From: Felis catus | Taxonomy: Eukaryota | Length of the DNA stretch: 64,000 bases | NCBI RefSeq assembly: GCF_018350175.1 | Contig: NC_058368.1 | Span: forward strand, 164,426,001-164,490,000 | Reading direction: 5' to 3' | Part shown: positions 52,521 through 64,000 of the stretch, piece by piece | Numbering within the stretch: position 1 is the stretch's first letter | How the letters are laid out: each line of letters starts with the position of its first letter | Made by a program: the position numbers and the translations under genes | Notes under the pieces: generated by a model | Seen by the model: the letters and a program-made list of their open reading frames with translations, nothing else | What the model was told of the DNA's origin: nothing | The model's database searches: none

Positions 52521-52791
52521 GACATTTATTTCATTTTCCCCCCACCCACCTCCCCTCTGATAACCATCAGTTTGTTCTCTATAAATATCTGTTTCTTAGT
52601 TTGTCTCTCTTTTTTCCCCTTTGCTCATTTGTTTTGTTTCTTAAATGCCACATACTAGTGTATATTAGTGAAATCATATTGTATTTGTCTTTCTCTTACT
52701 GACTTTGCTTAGCATTATACTTTCTAGCGCTATCCATGTCCTTGCAAGTGGCAAGATTCCGGTTTTTTTTTTCATGACAATAATATTCCAT

Positions 52792-52857
<66 letters not shown>

Positions 52858-55021
52858 TGTGTGTATGAATGACACTCTTCTTTATTCATTCATCTGTAGG
52901 TGGACACTTGGGCTGTTTCCATAGTTTGGTTATTTGGTTAGTATTATTCTAAATAATGCTGCAATAAACATAATGGTGCATGTAATACCTTTGAATTAGT
53001 GTTTTTGTATTTTGGGGGTAAATAATGAGTAGTGCAATTACTGGATCCTAGGGTATTTCTATTTTTAAGTTTTTGAGGAAACTCCATACTGTTTTCCACA
53101 GTTGCTGCACCAGTTTGCATTTCTACCCAAAGTACATGAGGGTTCTTTTTTCTCCATATCCTCATCAACACTAATTTCTTGTGTTTTTTATTTTAGCCAT
53201 TCTAACAAGCATGAGATAATACCTCATTATAGTTTTGGTTTGCATTTCTCTGAGGATGAGTGATGTTGGGCATCTTTGTTGTGTCTGTTGGTCATCTGAG
53301 CGTCTTCGTTGGAGAAATTCCTGTTCATATCTTCTGCCCATTTTTTAATTAGTTTATTTCTTTTTTGGGTGTTAAATTGTAAAAAAATATATATATATAT
53401 TTTAGATACCAAACCTTTATCAGGTCATTTGCAAATATTTTCTCCCACTCAGAAGGTTGCCTTTTAGTTTTGTTGATCGTTTCCTCTGCTGTATAGAAGC
53501 TTTTTATTTTGATGTAGTCCCAATAGTTTATTTTTGCTTTTATTACCCTTGCCTCAAGACATGTATCTAGAAAAATGTTGCTATAGCATATGTCAGAGAC
53601 ATTACTGCCTGTGCTCTCCTCCAGGATTTTTATGGTTGCAGGTTTCATATTTAGGCATTTAATGCATTTTGAGCTTAATTTTGTGTATAGTAGAATAAGA
53701 AAGTGATCCAGTTTCATTCTTTTGCATGTAGCTAACCAGTTTTCCCAACATCACTGTCCTTTCCTCACTGGAAAATATTTGCTGCTTTGTTGATTAATTG
53801 ACCATATAATTGTGGGTTTATTTTTGGGTTTTCTATTTGTTAATTGATGTATGTGTCAATTTTTTGCCAGTATCATATTGTTTTGGTCACTAATGTTTTG
53901 TAATATAACTTGACATCTAGAATTGTGGTATTTACAGCTTTACTTTCTTTTTCCAAATTGCTTTGGGCATTCGGGGTCCTTTGTGATTACATATAAATTT
54001 TAGGATTTTGTTCTAGTTCTGTGAAAAATGCTCTTGGTATTTTGATAGTCATTGCATTAAATGTTTAGATTGCTTTGAGACAAAGAACAAACAATATTTG
54101 TTCTTAAAATCCATGAACATGGAATGTTTTTTCCATTTCTTTGTGTGATCTTCAGTTTCTTTCATTAATGTTTTATAGTTTTCAGAGTACAGGTCTTTCA
54201 CCTGTTTGGTTAGGTTTATTTCTAGGTATCTTATTATTTTTGGTACATATGAAAACAGGATTCTTTTCTTAACTTCTCCTTCTGCTGCTTCATTACTATT
54301 GTACAGAAATGCAACAGATTTCTGTACATTGATGTTCTATCTTGCGAATTTACTGAATTCATTTACCAGTTGTAGTTTTTTGGTGGGGGTCTTTAGAGTT
54401 TTCTACATAGAGTATCATGTCATCTGCAAATATTGAAAGTTTTACTTCTTCCTTACAAATTTGGATGCCTTTTATTTCTTTTTGTTATTTAATTCCTGTG
54501 GCTAGGGCTTCCAGTAATATGTAGAATGAAAGTGGGGAGAGTAGACAACCTTGTATTTTTTCTGACTGTGGGGGGAAATCTCTTAGTTCTTCCCCATTGA
54601 GCATGATATTTGCTGTTTTTCATTTATGGCCTTTATTATGTTGAGGCATGTTCCCTCTAAACCTACTTTGTTGAGGGCTTTTATCATGAATGAGTGCTGT
54701 ACTCTGTCAAATGCTTCTTCTGCATCTATTGAAATGATCATATGTTTTTGTCCTTTCTGCTATTGATTTGCTGTAGTATGTTATTTCATTTGTGAATATT
54801 GAACCACACTTGCATCTAGGAATAAGTCCCACTTGATTGTGATGAATGATTTTTTTTTAGTGTATTGTTAGATTCTGTTTGTTAGCATTTTGTTGAGGAT
54901 TTTTGCATCTGTGTTCATCAGAGGTATTGGCCTGTAGTTCTGTTTCTTTGTTATGCTTTTACCTGGTTTTGATATCAGAATGGTACTTGCCTTATAGAAT
55001 GAATTTGGAAGTTTTCCTTTT

Positions 55022-55044
55022 CTGTTTTTTTTTTCTTTTCTTTC

Positions 55045-55109
<65 letters not shown>

Positions 55110-55166
55110 TTTCTTCTTCTTTTCTGTCTTCCTTCCTTCCTTCCTTCCTTCCTTCCTTCCTTCCTT
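55022..55166. repeat. (TTTC)n-(TTCC)n microsatellite inside L1 ORF2
   Basis: Direct reading. Confidence 0.95.
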
Positions 55167-56682
55167 GGAATAGTTTGAGTAGAATAGTTATTAACTCTTT
55201 AGATGTTTGGTTGAATTCGCCTGTGAAGTTGCCTGGTCCTATACTTTTGTTTGTTAGGAGGTTTTGATTACTCATTCAGTCTCCTTGTTGGTAATCAGTC
55301 TGGTCAAATTTTCTATTTCTTTCCGCTTCAGTTTTGATAGGTATGTTTCTGGGAGTTTATGCATTTGTTCTGAGTTGTTCAGTTTGATGGCATATAGTTT
55401 TTCACAATTTTCTCTTACAGTATTGTATTTTTGTGGTGTTGTTACCTTTTCCTCTTTCATTGGTGATTTTATTTATTTGAGTTCTTTATATCTCTCTCTT
55501 TATTGTTTGTTTGTTTCATGTATCTGGCTAGAACTTGATCAGTTTTGTTGAGATGTTCAAAGAACCAGCCCTTGGTTTTGTTGATCTACTTTATTTTTAG
55601 TTTCCATATCATTTATTTTTGTTTTGTTTTTTATTATTTCCTTATTTCTTCTGGTTTGGGGTTTTGTTTGTTGTTTTTCTAGTTCTTTTAGGTATAAGGT
55701 TAAGTTTTTATTTGAGGTTTTTTTTTCCTAACGTCTTGAGGTGTGTCTGTATTGCTATAATCCCTTTAGGTTTGTTTTTGCTACATCCCAAATCTTTTGG
55801 AGCATTGTGTTTTCATTTTCATTTGTTTCCAGCACTTTTTTTGTTTCTACTTTGGTTTCTTGGTTGAGCGATTCATAGTTTGGTAGTTTGTTATTTAACT
55901 TCCATGTATTTGAGGTCCTTCCATATTTTTTCTTGTGGTCGATTTCTATTTTCATAGCATTGTGGTGAGAAAAGATACATGATATGACTTTGATCATTTT
56001 GAGTTTGTTGAGGGTTTGTGTGTGTGTGTGTGCCCTAATACATGATCTATTCTGGAGAATATTCTGTGTGTACTTGAAAAGAATGTATATTTTGCTGTTT
56101 TAGGATGGAATGTTCTGAATATATCTCTTAAGTCCATATGGTCCAGTGTGTCATTCAAAATCATTGTTATGTTTATTTTCTGTTTGGGTGATTTGTCCAT
56201 CCATGTAAGTGGTGTGTTAAAGTTCCCTATTAATATTGTATTACTATTGATTATTTTTCCTTTATCTTTGCTCATAACTGTTTTATGTATTTGGGTGCTT
56301 CCATCATGGGTGCATAAATATTTACCATTATTATATCTTATTGTTGGATTTTCCCCTTTGTTATTATATACTGTCCTTCTTTATCTCTTTTTATAGACTT
56401 TGTCTTAAAGCCTATTTTTTTCTGGCATAGTATTGCTACTTTGGCTTTCTTTTGAAGTGCATTTGCATGACAAATGTTTCTCCATCCCCTCACTTTCAAT
56501 TTTCAGGTGTCTTTAAATCTGAAATGAGTCTCTTGTAGGCAGCATATAGATGGTTCTTTTTTTTTTTTAATCCGTTCTGTCATCATATGTTTTTTCATTG
56601 GAGCATTTAGTCTATCTATATTCAAAGTAATGATTAATAGATATGTATTTATTGCCATTTTGTTACTTGTTTTGTGTGTTTT

Positions 56683-56716
<34 letters not shown>

Positions 56717-57314
56717 CAAAAGAAATTCAGTTAGTTTTATTTTTTTTTTTTTTTATTTTTTTTTTTTTTAATATGAAATTTATTGACAAATTAGTTTCCA
56801 TACAACACCCAGTGCTCATCCCAAAAGGTGCCCTCCCCAATACCCATCACCCACCCTCTCCTCCCTCCCACCCCCCATCAACCCTCAGTTTGTTCTCAGT
56901 TTTTAAGAGTCTCTTATACTTTGGCTTCTCCCACTCTAACCTGTTTTTTTTTTTTTTTTTTCCTTCCCCTCCCCCATGGGTTCCTGTTAAATTCTCAGGG
57001 TCCACATAAGAGTGAAACCATATGGTATCTGTCTTTCTCTGTATGGCTTATTTCACTTAGCATCACACTCTCCAGTTCCATCCACGTTGCTACAAAAGGC
57101 CATATTTCATTTTTTCTCATTGCCACGTAATATTCCATTGTGTATATAAACCACAATTTCTTTATCCATTCATCAGTTGATGGACATTTAGGCTCTTTCC
57201 ATAATTTGGCTATTGTTGAGAGTGCTGCTATGAACATCTGGAAAGCAGTGTGGAGGTTCCTCAGAAAATTAAAAATAGACCTACCCTATGACCCAGCAAT
57301 AGCACTGCTAGGAA
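56683..57314 (-). mobile_element. Young LINE-1 (cat-type) with 5' inversion and double poly-A tail, nested in older L1
   Basis: TSD TTGTTTTGTGTGTTTT at 56667-56682 and 57315-57330. Intact ORF2 C-terminus 56995-57237 on minus. Segment 57238-57314 is L1 sense on plus. Confidence 0.95.
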
Positions 57315-59775
57315 TTGTTTTGTGTGTTTTTTAATAGTTGGTCTTTGATCCTTTCTTCTCTTTCTCTCTTTCATAGTTTGTTGGTGTTCTTTAGTGATAT
57401 ACTTGGATTCCTTACTCTATTTTTCCATTATCTATTACTGTTTTTGATTTGTGGTTACCATTCGGTTTATATAGAACATCTTTTGCATACCAGTCAGTAT
57501 TAAGCTGATGGTCTCTGAATTTTGAATTCATTCTTTACTCTTCTCCCCTCTACATTTTAGATACTTGGTATCATGTTTTATATTCTTTTATATTGTGCTT
57601 CCTTCACTTGATTGATTTTTACAGATACACTTTTTTATTTTTGCTTTTGTACTTTCAATTTCTGTTACTTTTACTTATGGTTTTTGTTTTCCACTCAGGG
57701 AGTCTGTCTGGTTACACTGGTCATGAATTATTTTAACTTCTGTTTGTCTGGAAAATTTTTTTATCTCTCCTTCCATTCTGAGTGATGGCCTTGCTGGATG
57801 AATATTCTTGGCTACAGATTTTTCCCTTTCATTGCTTTGAATATATCCTGGCTCTCCCTTCTGGCCTTCAAAGTTTCTGCTGAAAAATGAGCTGATAGCC
57901 TTATGGGGTTTCCTTTGTATATAACTGACTTCTTTCCTCTTGCAACCTTTAAAGTTCTTTCTTTATCACTGTTTTTTGCTATTTTAATAGTTATATGTCA
58001 TGGTGTAGACTTCCTTGGGTTGAATTTGTTGGGAGATCTCTGTGCCTCCTGCATGTGGATTTCTCTTTCCCTCTCCAGATTCAGGAAGTTTTCAGCTTTT
58101 ATTCCTTCAAATACATTTTCTGCCCCCCCCCCACCTTCTCTATTCTTCTTCTGTCTCCTTTTGGGATCCCCATAAAGTGAATATTGTTACGCTTGATAGA
58201 GTCCGCTTGATAGAGTCACTAAGTCTGTCTCATTATGCAGTATTTGCCTGTTTCCTGGTGAGCTTGATTACTTTCTATTACTCCATCTTCCAGGTCACTG
58301 ATATGTTCTCTGCTTCCTGTAGTCTACTATTTATTTCATCTATTATATTTTTCATTTTATTTATTGAGTTCTTCATCTCTGATAATGTTATTTTTTATCT
58401 CTTTGTCAAGGATCTCACTGGTGTCCTTTACCCTTTTCTGAAGTTCAGTGAGTATCTTTATGATCATTACTTTAAATTATGCATCAGGTATATTACTTGT
58501 TTCTCTTTTGCTTAGATCAACTGCTGTAATTTTTGTCCTATTCTTTCATTTGGGATGTATTTCTCTGTTTCCTCATTTTGTCTACTTCCTTGTGTCTGTT
58601 TCTGTTAGAAAAGTCAGCTATGTTTTCTATTCTTCCAAGTAGTGGATTTATGATGAAGAGGTCCTGTAGTTCCCTGCAGTGCAATATACCCTGTTCACTA
58701 GAACCTGACAGTTCAGGGGAGTCTACTCTGTGTGTTTCTTGTGTCCGGTTATTGTATCTGAATTGCTTTTCCTGTTAGCACTGATGTTTTCAGTGACTCT
58801 TTGCCTGTTATGGGCTATGCTTACTCTCTGTGATGTTAGTGAGACCCAGGTAGGCCAGTTGTGATGTGACACGTTCACAGAAGGGCTTGAGGATAGGACA
58901 GCATGTTTGCAAAATTTGCACTGAGTCCTTAGTCCTAGGTCAGATCCCTGGACATGCAGCAGCAGCTGGGTGTGCAGCAGCAGCATTGACCAGGCATTGA
59001 GGAGTCTACATATAGGGCAGTTGGATGGGGGTTGTGGACCAGGTTAAGAAAATTTTTGCTTGGTCTGGTAGGCTTGAGGTTGACAAGCCCTCAGGAGAAC
59101 TTGTGAGTTGAGTGCACTGCTAGCAGGTTAGGTAGAAAGTGTCTGTGTAGCACTTCCTCCAGCAGGTATCTTTGTGTTTATCCTGGGGGGATGAGAAAGG
59201 AAAATGACACCTGTCAATCCCTTTGTTCCCAGAGAAATCTCCCAACATGCTCTGAAATCAGTATAAACAGATTTCATTCCCATTGTGTAAGCTGTTGCTT
59301 CTATATTGCTTCTCCCTGGGCTCCTGTCTCTTTAAGGGTGGGACCTGGGTGTCACTCACCCTTTCTGCTTGCCCAGTGCTGAGTTGGCCGAGTTTTAGAG
59401 CTCCAGGATCCAAGAGCTACTGGCAATACAAATTTATGGAATTCAGCCCCTCTTGTTTTCAAAGCAAGATGCTAGGGGGATCCACTTTCTCTGTGTGAAC
59501 GCTCTGATGCTTTTCCCTCTCCTTGACCACAGCTCCCTCCCTTCTGGCCACCATTTCTACACTTCTCTTAACCTCTCCAGTGTGGCTTCTTCTCTACATT
59601 TAGTTGTGGAATTTGCTCTGATAGTCTTTGAATCATTCTCTAGTTTATGTACTGGGGTGTGAATGATATCTAGTTGTAAACATGGAATGAGGTGAGCTTA
59701 GGGTCCTCCTACTACTCCAATATTCTGCCAGCTTCCTAAGCCTCCACCGTGTTTTGTTTTGTTTTGTTTTGTTTT

Positions 59776-60700
59776 CTCCACTACTTGTATGACACCTTCT
59801 TTGTCTTAGGTTTTCAGTTGTTTTAGAAGTGCTGCAGTATTGTTTCCTTTGTATGGTTTCTTCACATGATTTTTAGAATTTCTTTAATATTTGGGTTGAT
59901 GTCTTCCATCAGTTTTGCCACTTTCCCTGCCATTGTCTCAAGCATTTGCTTTTCCCTCATTCTCTTGTCTCCTGGGTTGCTGTTTACATATTTGTTACAT
60001 TTCTCACCATATCCCATTTTTGTATTAGTTATTTATTTTATTTTCCATTCTATTGTCTTTTGTGTTTCATTCTAAATATTTTTTTCCTGATTTATCTTTT
60101 AATTTGAATTCTCTTTTCAGCTATATCTCGTCTTCTGTAAATAATTCTGTATTGGGGCACCTGGGTGACTCAGTTGGTTAAGCTTCCAACTTGATTTCAC
60201 CTCAGGTCATTATGTTGCGGTCATTAGATCAAACCCAGTGTTGGGCTCTGCACTGACAGTGCGGGCCCTGCTTGAGATTCTCTCTCCCTCTCTCTCTCTG
60301 CCCCTTCCCCACTCGCCCACATGTGCACTCTGTCTCTCAAAATAAACACTAAAAATATTTATAAAAAATTATTTTTTATTCTTAATTTCAGTTACTATGT
60401 TTTTTGAGTATCCAATATTCATTTTTTAATTTTATCATATTCTGACAAAATTCTTAATGTAGTCTTTTAATACTTCTGTAATCTTTTAGTTCACATAAAT
60501 TTATGTAATATAGTTATTTTAAAGTTTATGGCTGAAATATTCCTTATCCATACCCATGTGCTTATATGTTCTGATTTGTTTCATGGTTTACAATCACATG
60601 GTTTAATTTCCTTATTTGTTGGAAGTTTTAAATAAACAATTTAAAGGTTATTTGATATTCTCAACTGTCTTCCTTTGGATGTTAGTGAGATTGGATACTA
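59776..60700 (-). mobile_element. Ancient LINE-1 (L1ME-like) ORF1 region, right part
   Basis: TTCTTTGTCTTAGGTTTTCAG.. continues the antisense ORF1-like sequence broken at ~52520. Confidence 0.55.
60154..60365 (+). mobile_element. Can-SINE (older)
   Basis: GGGGCACCTGGGTGACTCAGTTGGTTAAGC, (CT)n, A tail. Confidence 0.92.
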
Positions 60701-61075
60701 GAAATACCAGATCAGTTAAATTCAATAGAAGACTGAAGGAATTTGAAGATGCATTTTTGTCTTTGAGAAGAATGCTTTATTTTTTACTTAACCTTACTCC
60801 TAAGATTTAGCTCTTCTGCTTCTCAGCCAAAGCCTATGAAACGAATAAAGCTTTGTCCAATTTTCTCCCTCTACTTAAAGTTATGTGTTCATTTAAAAAT
60901 TATGTTTACATTATTAACCTGCCAGCTACGCATAGCCAAATATCTGCTAGGAAAAGCAGTGCCAAATCCTGAGTACACATGTGTTTATCTCTACTCTCTG
61001 ACATCTTTGCTTCATAATTCCTTACTTCCTTTGAATATGTTCCTTTCCTTCACATACAAATAGGCATGTGCCCAC

Positions 61076-61111
61076 ATATATATGTGTGTGTGTGTGTGTG
61101 TGCATGTGTAT

Positions 61112-61179
<68 letters not shown>
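61076..61179. repeat. (TG)n-(CA)n-(TA)n compound microsatellite
   Basis: Direct reading. Confidence 0.95.
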
Positions 61180-61182
<3 letters not shown>

Positions 61183-61484
61183 ATAAGGGTATTCTGTTTG
61201 TAAGGAATGATTATTCTAACGCACTAGACGACTACTCCAATGTTACGGAAAATGAATTGTCATCATATTTTAACACACTTTAAATACTGCATTTTTCAGT
61301 ATTTTCAATAGTGAATATTCAGTAATTTTAATATTTAATTTTTCAGTCAGTGGCTAGTGTTAAAATCTTGAGCTTCCTTTATAAAGCACCATTTCACTTC
61401 CATTTTTTTCTCCCTTTCCCCTATTTACCCATGAAAGATGTTTGATGATCAAGATGTATACATATACAAGATATATACATATAC

Positions 61485-61522
<38 letters not shown>

Positions 61523-64000
61523 CCCACACACAGATACTTATATATTAATTTGTAAACATGGCAGGTTTTACCTAATGGAATCAACAGAGAAGAGAGCCCC
61601 CTTTGCAATCTCTGCCTTGTTTCAGAAATGTTCTCTTACTTATGTTTGAACGGAGTTTTCCTTTTATAATCCAGTTCTATCTGCTCTTGATCTTTCAAGG
61701 GTTCTTCATGGTTTCTCATTCACTGAGGATACTTCCTGTTTGGCAGGCAGACTATAGAATTGTTATATATATATTTTTTTTCTGGAGTTGACAGGTGCCT
61801 GTAACTTATACTCATCATGAATCAGAACTTTTAAATTAAAGCAAGTTTTTGATTGTTTTGCTTTTTTTAAGTCAACATGAACTCAAAGCCTAGAAAGCTG
61901 AAATTCAAACTGCTTTTAATGACTCTTTTGCTTATAAATTATATTTTTCCCAAAGAGAGGGCTCCTTTTAAACATAAAATTATTTTCACACATTGAATAA
62001 AAGAATTTATTATTTTGTACTTGTGAAATACAAAGTGAATTTGTTTACATTGAGTAGATATGTCCATCTGGAATATTTAGTTTCCCATTAATTGTAACAA
62101 TCCCCATTAATTTTGCCATTCACTTAGGCTATGTAGATAATATTGTTCTTTCCACATAAATATAATTTATTTCTAAGGCTTGATAAATGATTTAAGGACT
62201 CGTTAAAGTAATCTATTTAAATCTTCATGATGCAATCCTGAGATTTACACATGTGTACTAGCAAAGAACATAGAATTATTGCTATTACAGTATACCACTT
62301 TCATGTTTTGCAAATTTAGGACAAAAATAAAATCTTCCAAGTTTTCTGTAGAATTTTCATCACTTTAACTTTTCACATTTCTATTAAAAACAACTTGAAT
62401 TTGCTGAGATTTTTAAAAACAACATGGTAAGAACTCCAAAGAATAAAAAAAAAAAAGTAAGACTCCCATAAGGCGAATCCCAACTTTTACAGGCAGAATT
62501 TAGTATATATGTGATAAACACAGATGTATAAAAAGCAATTTTGTTAGTCAATCTGACTGTTGATAAAAAGGATACAAAGATGAATGTCTGTCAGGTATAC
62601 CCTAGCTGTGGTTAATTACCACATACATGTTGTCATTTAGAAGAAGACATGTTTTAATGAGAAGATTCAGGTGTTTTGCAGTAAATAATGTAAGATAAAT
62701 AGTTGTTCACCATAATGTTATAATTGCATTTCAGAATTTCGTTACACATTTTGATTTGATGCTGCTTTTTATATAGGTGATCACAACCACAAATGTTTTG
62801 AAGACATCTTATGATATAGATATTGTTCATTATTTTATAGTTTATATAATGAATTCTTTGTGATTGATTTCTAATTATACTTTGCAATAATTATTTTTAA
62901 AGAATTTACAGTTATTTTGAACTTTATTTGCAAAGATTGGCAATTAAGGATGTCTTTTAAGTTACTCAAATAGTCAAATGTACATATGATATATAAGCCT
63001 CATTATTTTGCCTGTTTCTAGAAGACACATCAGTACATCTTATTAAGTACAAAACACCAAATATCCTATGAAGAAAGCTTGCTAATACAATAGTCATTTT
63101 TCTTCTACGTATTTTTAAATAAGAAATAATTTACTACATAAAATCAGTATTACTGAATTGCTATTAAATCTTCTAGGCTATAAAAACAGACACGTGATAG
63201 TAAAATTCATTATGTTGATTTATATTTATATTAGTGCTGTATATGATTTATTATTGTAAAATATTTCCAAATAAACTTTCTGAAAGAATGAGGGCAAGTA
63301 TGGCCAAGGCCGTCACAGCCCAGGCCCAAGCTTGCGAGTGGCAGATCACAGGTCTGCTAGACATACACTCACAAGCTGATAGCCTTGACAGCACCACTGC
63401 TGACTTCAATGCGACAGGCTGACCTTAAAAATTAATTGGAAGTTACACCACATTAAAGATGTGTCTACTGCTTTAATAGGCACTGTGAGACAGAGAAGCA
63501 TCTATTAGACCTCCAGCCCTAATGATTGTGTGGGTCGGTTAATGAGATGTAAACCCCATAGCCAACTCAGAGAAGCAAAAATGGTAGCACTGATCACAAG
63601 AGAAAACATTATTTTTCCTTATCTGATTCAATTTTCTAAGTATTCTAAATACAGACTTTCTCCAAATATATTTTACAGTTGTGCTAAAAATGTGTTTTCT
63701 AATTTCCAGTAAACGATTAGTAATTTTCCTCTTCGCATTTATTTTTCACCTTTATTGCATGCTTCATAATTCCATGCTTAAGTATTTTTGAAAACAAATG
63801 ATTATTTCAGTGACCACTCTGTCTAAAAATATAACCTACTAGAGGCTAAGAAATGTCAGATTTCTTTGTCTACTTTTTTTTCTGTCTTCATAAAAGAGCT
63901 TCTGACCTGAAGAATGTAGGGGAAAATAATGTATTTATGCTTTCAAAAAATAAAAGTATGAGTATTATCTGGACTCTAAATTGGGGACAATATTTTCTTC

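Larger units (their letters stand above)
52525..59737 (-). mobile_element. Near-full-length LINE-1 (L1_Carn-like), inactivated; 5' UTR, ORF1 and ORF2 remnants
   Basis: Endonuclease remnant 55994-56275 (ILIGNFNTPL..YTFFSSTHRIFSRIDHVLGH). Further ORF2 pieces at 55755-55997, 54868-55275, 53349-53717. 5' end on minus strand GGAGTAGTAGGAGGACCCTAAGCTCACCTC. Many frameshifts. Confidence 0.92.

Noticed and set aside
52525..59737. Potentially active full-length L1
   Set aside because: ORF1 and ORF2 are fragmented by stops, frameshifts, a microsatellite and a nested L1.
1..64000. Inferring a host-gene strand from TE orientation bias
   Set aside because: L1s are mostly plus in the left third and mostly minus on the right. 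The SINE split (about 14 minus, 8 plus) is too small to be informative.

Overview
AT-rich, repeat-dense mammalian genomic DNA. The tRNA-derived Can-SINEs of SINEC_Fc type and the carnivore/cat-type L1s point to a carnivore, most likely a felid. I can support no intact protein-coding gene, RNA gene or CRISPR array. The ORF track comes almost entirely from decayed L1 ORF2, SINEs and microsatellites. Contents: about 22 Can-SINEs (many with target-site duplications, TSDs), L1s of several ages including a ~7 kb near-full-length copy on the minus strand, MaLR/ERVL solo LTRs, MER DNA-transposon relics, L2/MIR/HAL1 relics and microsatellites. I did not find a convincing undescribed biological system. 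The best second-look items are: a young L1 with both a twin-priming 5' inversion and a short 3' transduction; a 100-bp templated insertion copied from ~1.1 kb downstream in the same L1; an unidentified retrocopy-like segment at ~31.7-32.3 kb; two recursive-splice-site/microexon-like motifs; and a few unique, motif-rich islands that may be regulatory. Subfamily names come from recalled consensus motifs, not a RepeatMasker run. Boundaries without a TSD are approximate.
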